From Albugo candida (lineage: Eukaryota), in contig JBDOQK010000050.1 in the NCBI GenBank assembly GCA_040437565.1, positions 186,001-250,000 on the forward strand: a stretch of DNA of 64,000 nt, in the 5' to 3' direction. Positions 24,313-37,145 of the stretch are shown here, one piece after another. The position numbers were made by a program, and so were the translations under genes. Position 1 is the first letter of the stretch. Each line of letters opens with the position of its first letter. Below the pieces are notes generated by a model. The model did not search any database and was not told the DNA's origin. It saw nothing but the letters and a program-made list of their open reading frames with translations.

Positions 24313-25060
24313 TTACACTAATGCTAAATAAAGTGTTTTGATCTCAGCTGTTTCTTCCGGCTAAACGTAAAAATTGACTTTTGGGACTCTAGTTGATTGA
24401 TCATCACTTACACTTAAGTGGTGGTAAAGNNNNNNNNNNNNNNNNNNNNNNNNNNNNNNNNNNNNNNNNNNNNNNNNNNNNNNNNNNNNNNNNNNNNNNN
24501 NNNNNNNNNNNNNNNNNNNNNNNNNNNNNGAACATCTTTGTGACACCCTTGAGATGGAAGAGTTACAGCAACTCGTTAACGCTCTCGGAGGCTCAGTCGA
24601 TACGTTGGACGCATCCGCTTTACCGCAAGTCACTGCCGCTTTGGATCGGGTCGGTCGAGCGTGATTACACTAATGCTAAATAAAGTGTTTTGATCTCAGC
24701 TGTTTCTTCCGGCTAAACGTAAAAATTGACTTTTGGGACTCTAGTTGATTGATCATCACTTACACTTAAGTGGTGGTAAAGCAATCAGAACAGATCCGAT
24801 CGAAGCGATTTCTGTAGATGAAAAGTGTGATTTTCTTCACTTTTTTGTCAGCCTCAATGTGATATTTAGGCGCCTGATAACCTCTATCTTTCATATAAGG
24901 ACGACGTCAGATCTCAAAACAAGTCACTTGGATCATTCAAGCCTTTATAATATAATACTTGAAATCCGCGTCAGTTTGTTACTTTCGCCAAAACTTTTAT
25001 CATTGTGTTTGAAAAGCTAATGATTTACGTTCATTATCTGATTTCGCATTGCGGTGCCTC

Positions 25061-25996
25061 ATGAGGTTTCAATCGGTACTCCTACTTTATTGTGCCGAAC
25101 TTTTCAGTCGTGTGGGCGCATTAAAACGTTTTGAGGATTCCACTATCTGCTCGCTTTCAATACACGAGTTATCATATATTAAGCCAACCAGTTTCCATAT
25201 CTCCGCTTGTTTTGATCCAATCAGAGGTCTTGAACCAGCCTGCTTGAGTTTATGTGATTGTCGACACGCACTCGGTGTGAATGTAACTCTATGCACTGGA
25301 TCGCTTGCCTATCAGAATTGCAAGTTTATCAAGTGTGATAATATCGATCCAACCCGCGTCCAGCGTCATCTCAAAGATGAGAACGATGACACTGGGACCC
25401 ACAATTCGTCGAAAAAGGAGATACCATGGATATGCGTCGTGATAATCGTGTCCGTACTCTTCCTGTGCACCGTCGTCTACTTCCTACACAATTGGCTTCG
25501 CAATGGACCCATTCGAGGAGATAATCATGAGGCAATCGAACATGCACGTGCATCGATGATTTATAAAGAATTGCAACCAGACACAAAAGTGAAAGACTGC
25601 GAACAAGATCGTGAGTCCATCTCCACTACAAACACTCGTTTAGATGGTAATGTTTCGGTGATTTCTGGTCTGAGAGGAAAGCCACAGCACGATTTGTGCA
25701 ATTCAATTATGACTCGAGAACATCTCGCCACACCAAGTTACCGTGATTCGATGAGTTCAGATTCACGATCGAGTAAAGACGGGAAGGTTGTAGAGACATC
25801 CAAGTACGGTAAACTACGTGCTTCTCTGGAATCGCGGTATTCGATGAAAGAAACGCCAGTGAGGGCATCCATAGAATGTGAGACACCAAAACAAGGCGAG
25901 CGAATGTCGTTGAACGATGAGTACGATATCAAGCAGCAGTGTCCTCGTTTCAAAAAAGTGTTTATGTGGTCACGTAAAACCTCCATTGAGGTATAG
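25061..25996 (+). CDS. Single-pass membrane protein with small Cys-rich ectodomain, unknown function
   Basis: ATG at 25061, signal-like leader, Cys-rich segment, TM IPWICVVIIVSVLFLCTVVYFL, Ser-rich tail; Inr/FPR-like TCATTATCTGATTTCGCA upstream. Confidence 0.7.
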   Translation: MRFQSVLLLYCAELFSRVGALKRFEDSTICSLSIHELSYIKPTSFHISACFDPIRGLEPACLSLCDCRHALGVNVTLCTGSLAYQNCKFIKCDNIDPTRVQRHLKDENDDTGTHNSSKKEIPWICVVIIVSVLFLCTVVYFLHNWLRNGPIRGDNHEAIEHARASMIYKELQPDTKVKDCEQDRESISTTNTRLDGNVSVISGLRGKPQHDLCNSIMTREHLATPSYRDSMSSDSRSSKDGKVVETSKYGKLRASLESRYSMKETPVRASIECETPKQGERMSLNDEYDIKQQCPRFKKVFMWSRKTSIEV

Positions 25997-26303
25997 CTAT
26001 ACTAATACAATGATTCTCGAAGTGTGAGTAATGGAATCTTAATGAGTCACACCACCCTATCCTCCAACCTGTTACTTTCTGCTGTGAGGACGCGTTCAAA
26101 AGCATACTGCGAACACTCATTCGAGCGTGCACTCCATTGCGAGAATAAAAACTTTGTTACGTTACTCAAAACTGTTTTTAATACTGTGTCTGATTGTACG
26201 AGAGTACCCACATCCAACTCATCTGACAACTGTCAAAAGAAATTGAGAACAACCGCACAATGTAGACTCATACTTGTGCAATTAAATAACTTGCGCTTGG
26301 TAG

Positions 26304-28007
26304 ATGGTAAACGCTAAGAAGAAAATCATTATCGGTGTTATTTTAGTCATTGCCATCGTCGCGGTCTCTCTAGGCGTCACACTAATATCGAACAGCGCGT
26401 CCACAAAATCGGGCACTAATTCCAACCCACCACCGGATTCCGGCGCCAGCGCACTTACCGACATACATGGCGATTTGCATGGAAGTAATAACCCGTCTTC
26501 CAACTCTTCTCGAACGTCAACTGACTTCCCGATTGCTGCTTTAGCCATCGGCGATTTTGGTGTCACCGTCGATAAAGGAAGCTGCTGCTCCAATTACGTT
26601 CGGCACGGAATCGATCTCTATAAGGACCAACGAGCCCAATCAAATATAGCATACTTAATGTCTATATCTGCAAAATTAAGAAAAATTCAGCTCATTATTG
26701 GTCATGGCGATAACTTTTATTATAATGGAATCGGTGCAGAACAGGTTTATCGTTTTGAGCAAACTTTCGAGCAAGTTTACAACCAGAAATCGCTATCAGG
26801 CATCCGATGGATCAATGTAATGGGAAACCACGATTATGGTGGTAGTGGGTATCTCTGCGGTAAGAAAGATTTCAACTGGGAACCGTGTCAAACTGTAGAG
26901 GAAACTCTCAGAGCACTGGATCAACGCTTTATCATGCAGAGCACGTACAAAAGCCCGAATGAGGATCGATGGAAAATGCCTGCTCGATACTATAAAGAGC
27001 GTCTCACAGATCCTCAATCAGGTCTGACGGTCGATATATTCAATGTCGATACGAATGCCGCTAATGTGCATGGCGCCGAACAAGTGTGCTGCCAGTGTTA
27101 CGACTATATGGGGAAGAAGAAGAAAGGTGATAAAGGGTACGTGGCATGCAGTTCAGTGACTCGAGGACATCAGTATTGTTTTGGTGGAAATTTAAAGTTA
27201 TTTGATGCGTGTGTGGATCAATTCGATAAATGGACCCACGATTCCCTCCAACAATTGATAAAAGATGCGGCAGCATCCAAGGCTGATTACAAGATTGTAA
27301 ATTCCCATTATTCGCCTTATTTGCATATGAATGAGGTTGCGATGAAGAAATGGTTGGATGCAGTTGATAAAGCAAATATACAGCTGTTNNNNNNNNNNNN
27401 NNNNNNNNNNNNNNNNNNNNNNNNNNNNNNNNNNNNNNNNNNNNNNNNNNNNNNNNNNNNNNNNNNNNNNNNNNNNNNNNNNNNNNNNGCGTGTGTGGAT
27501 CAATTCGATAAATGGACCCACGATTCCCTCCAACAATTGATAAAAGATGCGGCAGCATCCAAGGCTGATTACAAGATTGTAAATTCCCATTATTCGCCTT
27601 ATTTGCATATGAATGAGGTTGCGATGAAGAAATGGTTGGATGCAGTTGATAAAGCAAATATACAGCTGTTTATGTGTGGTCACACACATGGAGAGAGCCA
27701 TGAATATAGACTAGGAACGCATTTTGTGGTGAATGGAGCAGGTGGAGGGATTCAGAGTGAGTCTGTAGGAGATGTTCCGTTGCCCGGGAAGAAGGCTGGG
27801 ATTACACAAATTTGGGGTGGATCGGGTACACCGTACGCTTACATGGAATTGTTGTTTTCAAAGACGATTGTGAGAATTCGCTTTTTGACATTTGGAGATG
27901 ACTGGAAATTCGAGAAAGAGCGAACGGTGCAAACGGAAAATCAAAAAGTAATTCATTGTTGGGATATCCCTAAAGACGGTTCAAGAGGAAAAAAGTGCGA
28001 TTCATGA
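26304..28007 (+). CDS. Membrane-anchored calcineurin-like metallophosphoesterase (purple/tartrate-resistant acid phosphatase type), ~473 aa collapsed
   Basis: GDFG, GDNFY, GNHDY, SHY and GHTH metal-binding motifs; N-terminal TM anchor; 27207-27388 repeated at 27489-27670. Confidence 0.9.
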   Translation: MVNAKKKIIIGVILVIAIVAVSLGVTLISNSASTKSGTNSNPPPDSGASALTDIHGDLHGSNNPSSNSSRTSTDFPIAALAIGDFGVTVDKGSCCSNYVRHGIDLYKDQRAQSNIAYLMSISAKLRKIQLIIGHGDNFYYNGIGAEQVYRFEQTFEQVYNQKSLSGIRWINVMGNHDYGGSGYLCGKKDFNWEPCQTVEETLRALDQRFIMQSTYKSPNEDRWKMPARYYKERLTDPQSGLTVDIFNVDTNAANVHGAEQVCCQCYDYMGKKKKGDKGYVACSSVTRGHQYCFGGNLKLFDACVDQFDKWTHDSLQQLIKDAAASKADYKIVNSHYSPYLHMNEVAMKKWLDAVDKANIQLXXXXXXXXXXXXXXXXXXXXXXXXXXXXXXXXXXACVDQFDKWTHDSLQQLIKDAAASKADYKIVNSHYSPYLHMNEVAMKKWLDAVDKANIQLFMCGHTHGESHEYRLGTHFVVNGAGGGIQSESVGDVPLPGKKAGITQIWGGSGTPYAYMELLFSKTIVRIRFLTFGDDWKFEKERTVQTENQKVIHCWDIPKDGSRGKKCDS

Positions 28008-28136
28008 CAATGGNNNNNNNNNNNNNNNNNNNNNNNNNNNNNNNNNNNNNNNNNNNNNNNNNNNNNNNNNNNNNNNNNNNNNNNNNNNNNNNNNNNNNNN
28101 NNNNNNNNNNNNNCAGTTATCTGAAACGTACTTAGA

Positions 28137-31124
28137 TTAAGTTCGGGGATTTTTGGGGCACATTTCTTCCAATAGATGCCGTTTCCATCCTTTTTTCCCA
28201 GAAGGAGTGATATTTTCATGACAAAGCGGACATCGGTTGGCTTGCTTTGGATGTGGTCGAGGTAGACAGTCTTCCATGCTCACATGTTTTTCAAAAAATT
28301 TGCAAGTGATTGCTTCTCCACATCGTGGGCACTCTCGATGATTATTCTTCCGTTCACATTCCAACAGCAGATGGTCATTCAATGTCGCAATTTCAATCAC
28401 TTGACCGCATAGTTTGCATGGTGTTAACATCGGACAAGATGCCCAAAAATGATGATCCAATTCCTCGGAAGCAAATGTATCGGCGTGATCACAAAACGGA
28501 CAAGTGAGGTCATTTTCAGTAGAGTGATCATCTCCATCCTCATCTTCCTGCTCGTCCGCATCACGTTTGACCGACTTGCTTGCTGGTTGTGATTTTCCTG
28601 ATGGCTTTTCTGCATGTGTACTTACTTTGGTCGCTTGAAATGCAGCATGGTATTCCTCTAGCTGCTTGGGCCTCAAATTTTTCAAACAGCTTTCAACATC
28701 ATCGCCAACGATCTAGAGCACTTTTGTTCAGCGAAAAGTATGGTCAGAAAAGAAGTGGGATTGTACCCGATACAGGGCCACCATGATTTCCTTAGCAATC
28801 TCGCGTATCTCCCGTGACTGGTGCGCATAACAATTGGTTTCATCCAAAAAAGTGGAAATGTTTTCAAAGGAATAATCTGATTCCGGAATCAGACCGAGAT
28901 TCTGATTCGTGACATGCATTGTCAGTAATGTCAAAAGTACTTGGCAGCGTCCTTGTAACAATTTGACAGCAATAGTTTTCTTGGTGCGTTTGAGAAGATG
29001 AGAAGCCACAAACACGACGCCAATGTTTTCGGTCGTTGCAAGTAATACAAGGCACTGTGCAGCTTCATCGCGTATTTTGATTTGCGTGATGCCAAGTTTA
29101 TACACCAATTGAGCGGCAGTATTTCCAAGCTAGCATGATAACAAATTTAGCCTTGGGAATAATGCTATTACAAATGTACTCACAATGCGACACAGTTCTT
29201 CTCGCCGTAAGTCCGACGCGTACGGCATGACTTTTTCGAGTAAGCGGAAAGCGGAAATTGCAACTTGATTGATTCTATCGCCAATACCGCTCTGAACCAA
29301 TGTACAGCATACTTCTATGAATTGGACCGTATTCCCATGACTGCGGTCGTGAAAAACGTCCGATTCTTTCGCTACTTTGCGAATTACAGCGTCGCGATGA
29401 TTCCATACATTGCTGTAATAACATCGCGTCAAGTACGACCCAAGAATCGCAATGAGATCCCCGCTCTCCTTTCGTAAGGATGATGGGATCTCTTCTGGAT
29501 CGGGAAGACTCTCAGCGTCCATAATTCCTTTAAAATGAGGATTTTGAGCGTGCGTATCGGTACCATTTGCATCATCAGCGTCTTCGGACAGATCCAAGTC
29601 GTAGGAGCCATTTGGCCTGGCGGATAATGGACGATCCATTTCTGTAGCTTCAGACTGACTGTTGGAGGAAGTCATTCGAACTCTGTGAGGGGCTTTGCTT
29701 ACTTTTGAGATTGGCTCGCCATGTTTGCTCGATCGAACGGAGTGGGATACCTCGACTGGAAATGGATTAATGGGCGGTACAATTGCTTCTTTTGTGTTAC
29801 TTCCGGATGATGATGCTTCCAGTCGCATAATGTCATTCTTGAGTCGTTTGGCAAGGTCGTAATCTTCTTTATCGACTGCTTCTTTCTTTTGTGATTCAAG
29901 CCGTGTTAGTTGAATTCCGATGTTTTTCAAATGCTCTTCCATCTGTTTTAACCGCTTCGCCTGGTCATAATCTTCATCCGCTACAGCTTGTAATTTAGCA
30001 ACTTGAATCTCACGAATCCGTCGAGCTGTTTTCGCATCAAATTGCATGTCGGAGGAATCGTCTTTTCTTTTCGTCAAGCTGGCGGATGATAAATTGGCCG
30101 ATAGAAGCGTTGGGCCGGATGCACGTAAGAATCTCTCCTGAGTCACAAGCTGGTCTCTTGCATGATCACAATGTCCCCGGGTGCCACTTATGTGAATCGC
30201 CATTATACCAACTTGGCTGTATAGATTTCGCTCATTCATATAACAGGAATGTATAATCAGTTTTAAAAATTCTGCTTCCTGATCAATGTGAACGGTTTTG
30301 AGTTCTCGTGCCATGTAATCGCTCTCCACATTGGACTTGAGCGTAAAATAACCAAGTCTATGGAAAGGGACGTCCTCCAATGCAGAGTTTGAGCTGCCTG
30401 GGCCCCAATAGAGCTCAATTTTGGACGCGATGTGACTCTGATGCGACAAGAATTGGATCTGTATACTGAGGGTGAATTATACAGAATATCAATACGTAAG
30501 GGATATTAAAACCTGCGTCACACGAGAGCTGCCTCCATCCAATTGTAGGATGAGCTCTTGTGGGTACTCGCAATTCCTAGTAGATGAAAATCAGCANNNN
30601 NNNNNNNNNNNNNNNNNNNNNNNNNNNNNNNNNNNNNNNNNNNNNNNNNNNNNNNNNNNNNNNNNNNNNNNNNNNNNNNNNNNNNNNNNNNNNNNNGCTC
30701 TCCACATTGGACTTGAGCGTAAAATAACCAAGTCTATGGAAAGGGACGTCCTCCAATGCAGAGTTTGAGCTGCCTGGGCCCCAATAGAGCTCAATTTTGG
30801 ACGCGATGTGACTCTGATGCGACAAGAATTGGATCTGTATACTGAGGGTGAATTATACAGAATATCAATACGTAAGGGATATTAAAACCTGCGTCACACG
30901 AGAGCTGCCTCCATCCAATTGTAGGATGAGCTCTTGTGGGTACTCGCAATTCCTAGTAGATGAAAATCAGCATTTCTCAAGTGCTGGCGGCTGTTGGCTT
31001 ACTTTGGTGTCATAAATCCTTTGCAATTTGTTGTGTGACAGTTTAGTTCATTGGCGACGTGATCTGGGTCTTCTCCAGAGCAGCCGATAACTGTGAACTC
31101 AAGTTTCGTGATTGCTGCTTCCAT
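28137..31124 (-). CDS. CEP104: Centrosomal/ciliary-tip protein CEP104, multi-exon
   Basis: Start MEAAITKLEFTVIGCSGED at 31124; CEYPQELILQL, QFLSHQSHIASKIE, ARELKTVH, N.YSQVG, EDYD repeats, TOG-like helical region, C-terminal zinc fingers ending RCPLCH..GWKRHL..CPKNPR; GT-AG introns link the ORF pieces. Confidence 0.93.
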
Positions 31125-31284
31125 TCGCGATCAATGGTCGTATACGCGCTGATACATTGCGTCGACCGCCTCCTTTGTGTATACGTGTATACCGCACCGA
31201 GAACGATTGTAACATACCACGCCATCTAACGTGCTATGTAACCGCTCACCAGTTAGCTATCCATCTCCCGTCGAAGGGAGGAAA

Positions 31285-33795
31285 ATGGCGACAAAACGCA
31301 CTTCCAATGCTTCTGATTCCGGCTCTCATATTGCGTCTGATTCTGATTCTATGTCGACAGGATCTCGTTCCCCAAGCGCCTCCGGATCAATCTCGAATTC
31401 AATGAGCGGCTCCGAAAGCATTATACGTTCAGGATCTTCGAGCGGCTCGGCATCTGATTCCAGCGTCAGTGGAAGTGAGCGCGGTAGTGCGAGCGACTCA
31501 CAAAGCGGAAATTCAGTCAGACAAAGTGGTGCAAGTAGCTCTGAAGTAATTTCGCGTCAGCCAAAAGCAAAACAAAAGAAGAAAAATATTACCTCAGCAC
31601 CCAAAAAGAAGGCTTTAGGTCCGAAAAAACGGAAGGTTGCTGCATCGATCCAAGAAAAAGCTCAAGAAGAAAAGAACCAAGACGCAGACGATGAAGCAGA
31701 TCATCAACAAGCGTCAAAAACCAAAAAGCAAAACACTGTAAGGAACCCACAAATGGAATCAGAAAGCAAACGTTTGTCTCAGGACGAAGATGAACAGGAA
31801 GTGACTTTTGCAAGTGCCACACAGATACACAGAAGCAGTAAAAAACTAGTGGAAGAAGATGAAGAAGATGAGGAAATGGAAGGTTTAACTGAAGTCGAGA
31901 AAGAAAAGCGTCTACTGTGAGTATCTTGAATTTCTTTCAATTTGATCTTAACTTGTTCCTTCAGCGAGAAATATGAAGCCGAAGAAAAACGACAGAAAGA
32001 AACACAATTACGAAAACGACTAAATGCGAGTTTAAAGGATGAAAGTCAGATAAACATCGAAGACGAATCGAGTGAGGAAGAGGAAGGCGCTGTCGATACG
32101 ATATCATCGCGTCGAGGAAGAAAAAAGGATGGTGATCGTCGTAAGGAAGCTCTATCAAATCTCAAGGCCAATAAATCAAAACATCAAACGGGTTCGATGC
32201 TTCGGAATCGCTTGGGCGATAAATTTGACAGCGATGACTCGGAATTTGGTCGTGACGATTCTCGTCATGCTCTGGCCGAAAAGCGTCGAAAACGTCAGGA
32301 ATTATTGCATCGTCGGGCTGGCGAAGATGACGATAGCTTTAGTGATGAAATGGATGAATATCAACAGACAAGTCAGCGATCTAAGAAAAAAAGCACTGCG
32401 AAAAGCGCTGAAGGTGTCAAAAATGAGCTGTTAGAAAACAACGCTTCGCTAGCGGCAATGGAACCGATTGTTGAGAAACCTGAAGACGTCTTACCCGCTG
32501 ACTGGGGCCAAGCGCATCGTTACCTGCTTAAGCGCCGATCGTTCTTTGAAAAGTTCTTTTACGAGCCATACTTTGATAAATTAGTTCGAGGCGTTTACGT
32601 CCGAATCCCAATCGGTGAAAAAGACGGTGATACAGTCTATCGCTTTTGTGAAGTTGTTCATGTCAGCAAGCTTCCTCGACCGTACAAATTCGCTGGAGAA
32701 ATGACACAGAAAGGTATCACCTGTGCTTTTGGCAAATCGAGAATTGAATGGCGTCTGAATGCGGTTTCCACGCATTCGTTGCAAGAATCCGAGTTCCTTT
32801 TGTGGCGTGCGACACTCAATAAAGATCGAATGAAATTTCCAACGTATGGAGAAGTTCGTAAAGTGTACCAATCCAAAATCGATTTAATCTCAAAGTATCA
32901 GTATTCGGAGAAGGAAGTGGATGAAATGGTGCAGCGAAAGAATGCGTCGGGTGTTGGAAGCTCTAAAGTCCCCTTAGGCGTTCAACGTGTGCGTCTGGAG
33001 CGCGATATCAAAGCTGCGAGAGAGATGAAGAATTTTGAGAAGGCAATCATGCTGGAAGCGAAATTACAACGTTTACTAAATGAAAATGAAGCCCGACAGA
33101 GTCGAAAGAGTGATGATGTACTTCGTATCACGGAAATTAATCGTCGTAATCGAGAAGCGAATTTGAAACAAGACTTACAAGCGCAAGAATTGAATGATGC
33201 CATGCGGGAAAAAATGACCAGTGCTGAAAAGCTTCAATTCATTCGCGCAAACTCAAAGAAAATGTTTCTGTCACGCGATAAAATCGAGGCAAATCTCGCG
33301 CAGGGAAAGCTTGTGAAACTTGCTGATGGTCGAATTATGACTTTGAATAAAGTTCATGAAATTGAAGCTCTACCCGAAGATCTCGTACGAAATAACACCA
33401 ATCAGAACAGCGTGTTGGAGTGTGAAATCGGGCAAGATGGACGACCAACGGGAAAAATAGAAATTGATGTGGATCGACTCTTGGCAAAACAGCGCGAAAG
33501 AAAGAAAAAGGAAATCAAGGATAAAGCGGATATGGAAACAAAGGAAACTAAGGTCGAGTTTGTGGGTCCTGCGCCAACGAACGTGGCTGAAATGGCGGAT
33601 GCTACAATTCGAATCCAAGATGATGATGGTTCCTGGATGACATTACGTCCTGCAAGTGAGATTCTTCGTCAAATGCGTGAGAAATCTAAAGTTTCCACTG
33701 AATTGAAAGCTTCCCGGAAAGGACTCACTGTCAAAGAATACTTTGATCGGGTAAAACGTCAGCGCGTGCAAGCACCAACAGGAGCCGATGATTGA
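31285..33795 (+). CDS. RTF1: RTF1-like Paf1-complex subunit (Plus3 domain), 2 exons
   Basis: Intron 31917-31964 joins the Ser-rich first exon to the main ORF; Plus3 region FYEPYFDKLVRGVYVRIPIG...YRFCEV and ITEINRRNREAN. Confidence 0.88.
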
Positions 33796-34073
33796 ATCGA
33801 ATGTTCAAGATGTGTTTTCACAGGTTTAAAGACGGTTCCTCTTGTGACTTTTTACTAGTCAGCTGTATCCAAATCAAAGTTGCAGACGACGCGTTAGACA
33901 ACCAGCGACGCACTCTCTTATAAGTGCGAAAAGCCGTTAACAGGTTATTTGCGTAGCAGCTTTGATTCAATGAAATGTTTGAAAGTGAATTTTATACAAC
34001 ATAGAGAGAGACGCAAGTACTGCGTCCACTAGTTGCCGATGTATCGACGCAGTAATCTAATAAGTATAAGATT

Positions 34074-34685
34074 TTACTCGGTTCTTACGACCGTTATGCC
34101 GAATTTATTCATCAATTCGTGCGCTCCTTTGCTTACGTGGTCGTTGATACTTGATCCAAAGTCTGAAAATATGGTGGGTACAGACGCTATACTGCGAGCA
34201 AATTGATGGCCGGGGGAAGCATTTTTTACATATGCGCTTATTTGGTGGCGGATACTTTTTCTGATATCCTCGTCACCATACGAAACGACCTTGTAAGATA
34301 AGTTGTCCGGATATGTGTCTATAGGCGCTTTACTTATGGGCGATGTTCGTCGAGTGTCAGACGCGGTCCTCAGGACGAGTCGACGAGCAGAGACCAGTCC
34401 GTTCACACCATTCACATCTCGATCGTTGCGACTAATTGCTAGTTGCTCGAGTACGCCATCTTTTTCTAATGAACTCTTTGTCGCACGAAGCTTGGTCCTT
34501 GTTGATGGTATTTCTCCCATGTCCAGAGGTGAGGTCTTTGCAATTCGTGACTCTGATGCTTCGACCCTTTTTGAATTGACCTGTTCCGAGTACTTCATAG
34601 AAAATCCATCTACTTCCCGAACACTCTTTGAAGCAACAGCAGAAAGTAGCAGTAGATTTGAAGATGAAAATAGCTGCGCCTTCAT
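34074..34685 (-). CDS. Small secreted protein, tandem family member 1 (203 aa)
   Basis: Leader MKAQLFSSSNLLLLSAVAS; start context and upstream DNA shared with member 2. Confidence 0.7.
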   Translation of the reverse strand: MKAQLFSSSNLLLLSAVASKSVREVDGFSMKYSEQVNSKRVEASESRIAKTSPLDMGEIPSTRTKLRATKSSLEKDGVLEQLAISRNDRDVNGVNGLVSARRLVLRTASDTRRTSPISKAPIDTYPDNLSYKVVSYGDEDIRKSIRHQISAYVKNASPGHQFARSIASVPTIFSDFGSSINDHVSKGAHELMNKFGITVVRTE

Positions 34686-34980
34686 TGTCCAAGTAAAATT
34701 TTTTGGAGGTTACTAGAAAGCTGATAAAATGACTTATGAACGAGTGGAAGAAAGGTGTCCTGTGAATATCTCTTGCTCTAAAATTCAAATCAAATGCGTG
34801 GCTGTCAACACTCGTAAACCGGTGATTCGGTACGATCTAGCGTTTTGCGTAGGACTCCTCATGTTCTAAAGTGTTCAATCGTGTGGTTCACGTCCTTCTG
34901 TATTGCTTATATCACTACAAAAGTGCTACTTGTATGCTCACTATCTACCACAGTCACAGTTTGTTGGGTCGGGAAAGGTA
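34681..34980 (-). promoter_or_regulatory. Duplicated upstream region of member 1 (homologous to ~36870-37145)
   Basis: Collinear blocks on + strand TTCATTGTCCAAGTA, AATGACTT, GTAGGACTCCTCA (34849), GGGTCGGGAAAGG (34966); includes Inr-like GTCATTT on the minus strand. Confidence 0.65.
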
Positions 34981-36015
34981 GAAGTAGAGATTACTTGGAA
35001 GTGGGTAAAAATGAACTACATTGAATGAAATTTGCCTTAGGAATGTAATCACAGGTACTACATAGGTTTTCTATGAGGACATCAAAATGATAAGGAGGTC
35101 ACAGATAAGCAGGACTTAGAAATCTCAAGAAAGAGAGATTGCGGTATGTGGCCAAAAGTGTTAGCTCACATGCTGTTATGCGTTGAATGACGGAAAGCAT
35201 TGACAGTCGTTAGGATTACCTCGACATTCTAGAGAAGCCGCCCATTGCAATCGCACAACAGCACCAGAACTCAAATCACTCTTGACTAGGTTCGGCCCAA
35301 TTCGGATCATTAACGCCTCCACTATGTACATAAAAGTACACAAAGTTGACGGTAGCAGTGCTGCATGCTGTCTTTCCTGTACCAAATACACTTCATCCTG
35401 ACACAAAAGACGGCCCTCGACCAATGCACGGCACTCCACGACATCATTTTATGACTGTGATGCAATGCGGCTGAAGTACGAATGAAATGATGATCTTTCG
35501 TTGTCAATAAGAAATGGTGGGTTATAGGTCGGACGAATTCGGGCACGATAGGTAGGGAGATCTTAATGCTTTTTCCATGCATACTGTTGAATCGTACAAG
35601 GTGAGAAATCTTTCTTCCAATGTTGAGGTGCATTCGGTGAAGCGTTTTGACAGATTATATGATACTGCTTGCAGCAGGAGTAAATTTTCGTGCCTAAATA
35701 GCATCTGTTTTTTTGGCAGCCTACACGATGCGTCAAAGCAACGAATCGCGCTAGAGAGAAAGTTTTTGACGCAAAGAATAGCCGTACATTTGACGACGGA
35801 AAATATTGATGTACGTCACGGAGCAATTTCGATCCTCTAATCGTCGAGCAGGAGTATGTATGATAAGAAAGTATATATACGAAAACACACTGGTAAAGTG
35901 ATATCAGATTAATCCATCACGTTTTTGCCTTTCTAGTTAAAATACTGATATCAAGAAAGGCAAACCTTCTTGTACTTGATGATGACTTCATTACTCAGAA
36001 CTTCCGAACCACTTA

Positions 36016-36874
36016 TTATCCATCGTAGCGGCCATTTTTATCCACTTCTTTTACTTCTGAACTTGATGCGTGTGTTTCTTCCACGTTTGCAATTGCTGGG
36101 GATTGTGCCTTCTTCTCCACTTCTGCATTTGATGCACGTTGCTTCCTTTGCGAACGGAGATGGGGAAGATCATTGAAATGTCTCTGTATAGCCGACTTTA
36201 TAAGCACATCAGCGAGAAAATCATCGGGAGTATCGACCGGTATGACAGGGGGAATATATCTTGAATTACCCTCATCAAGGAGTTGACGATTTGTTGTGGT
36301 CGCTTCGTCAGGAGCAACGGAACTGATAACACGACTATGAGTCGTGTGACCATGTAGATAATTGTCCCTCACTAATTGTGATGCTGCTGAATCCGTGTGC
36401 AACTTCATTGGCATTCCTGGCTCTGCTCGTTCGACATCTCCACGTTTGAGCTGTCGCAAGGAACTATCAGGGTANNNNNNNNNNNNNNNNNNNNNNNNNN
36501 NNNNNNNNNNNNNNNNNNNNNNNNNNNNNNNNNNNNNNNNNNNNNNNNNNNNNNNNNNNNNNNNNNNNNNNNNNATATCTTGAATTACCCTCATCAAGGA
36601 GTTGACGATTTGTTGTGGTCGCTTCGTCAGGAGCAACGGAACTGATAACACGACTATGAGTCGTGTGACCATGTAGATAATTGTCCCTCACTAATTGTGA
36701 TGCTGCTGAATCCGTGTGCAACTTCATTGGCATTCCTGGCTCTGCTCGTTCGACATCTCCACGTTTGAGCTGTCGCAAGGAACTATCAGGGTATCGATTT
36801 AGGTCCTTACCTGTGACTACAGCGATAGGAGAAAGAAGCAATAAATTTAGTAATGAGGCTGTATGTGCCTTCAT
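36016..36874 (-). CDS. Small secreted protein, tandem family member 2 (179 aa after collapsing the duplication)
   Basis: Leader MKAHTASLLNLLLLSPIAVVTG; 36256-36474 repeated at 36575-36793, and removing the repeat plus gap gives one 540-nt ORF. Confidence 0.72.
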
Positions 36875-37145
36875 TGTCCAAGTACCAGGTATTGAAATGT
36901 TCACAAGAATGACTTTTAACGAGTGAAGGAGATGGCGTATGAATTACTTCAGCTGACAATAACGTTGCACGAGTCACTGGCAAGCACTAGAAGCCAGATA
37001 AGTCCAGCTCTAGCGCTTAAAGTAGGACTCCTCACCTTCCAAATTTACCAGTTGAGATGCTCGCATCATTCTATATTGCGTATCAGATGAGTTGTATACT
37101 TACTGTAAATACCACACCGTCAGAATTCGCGGGGTCGGGAAAGGA
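36870..37145 (-). promoter_or_regulatory. Duplicated upstream region of member 2
   Basis: Same blocks in the same order as 34681-34980 (GTAGGACTCCTCA at 37022, GGGTCGGGAAAGG at 37132). Confidence 0.65.
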
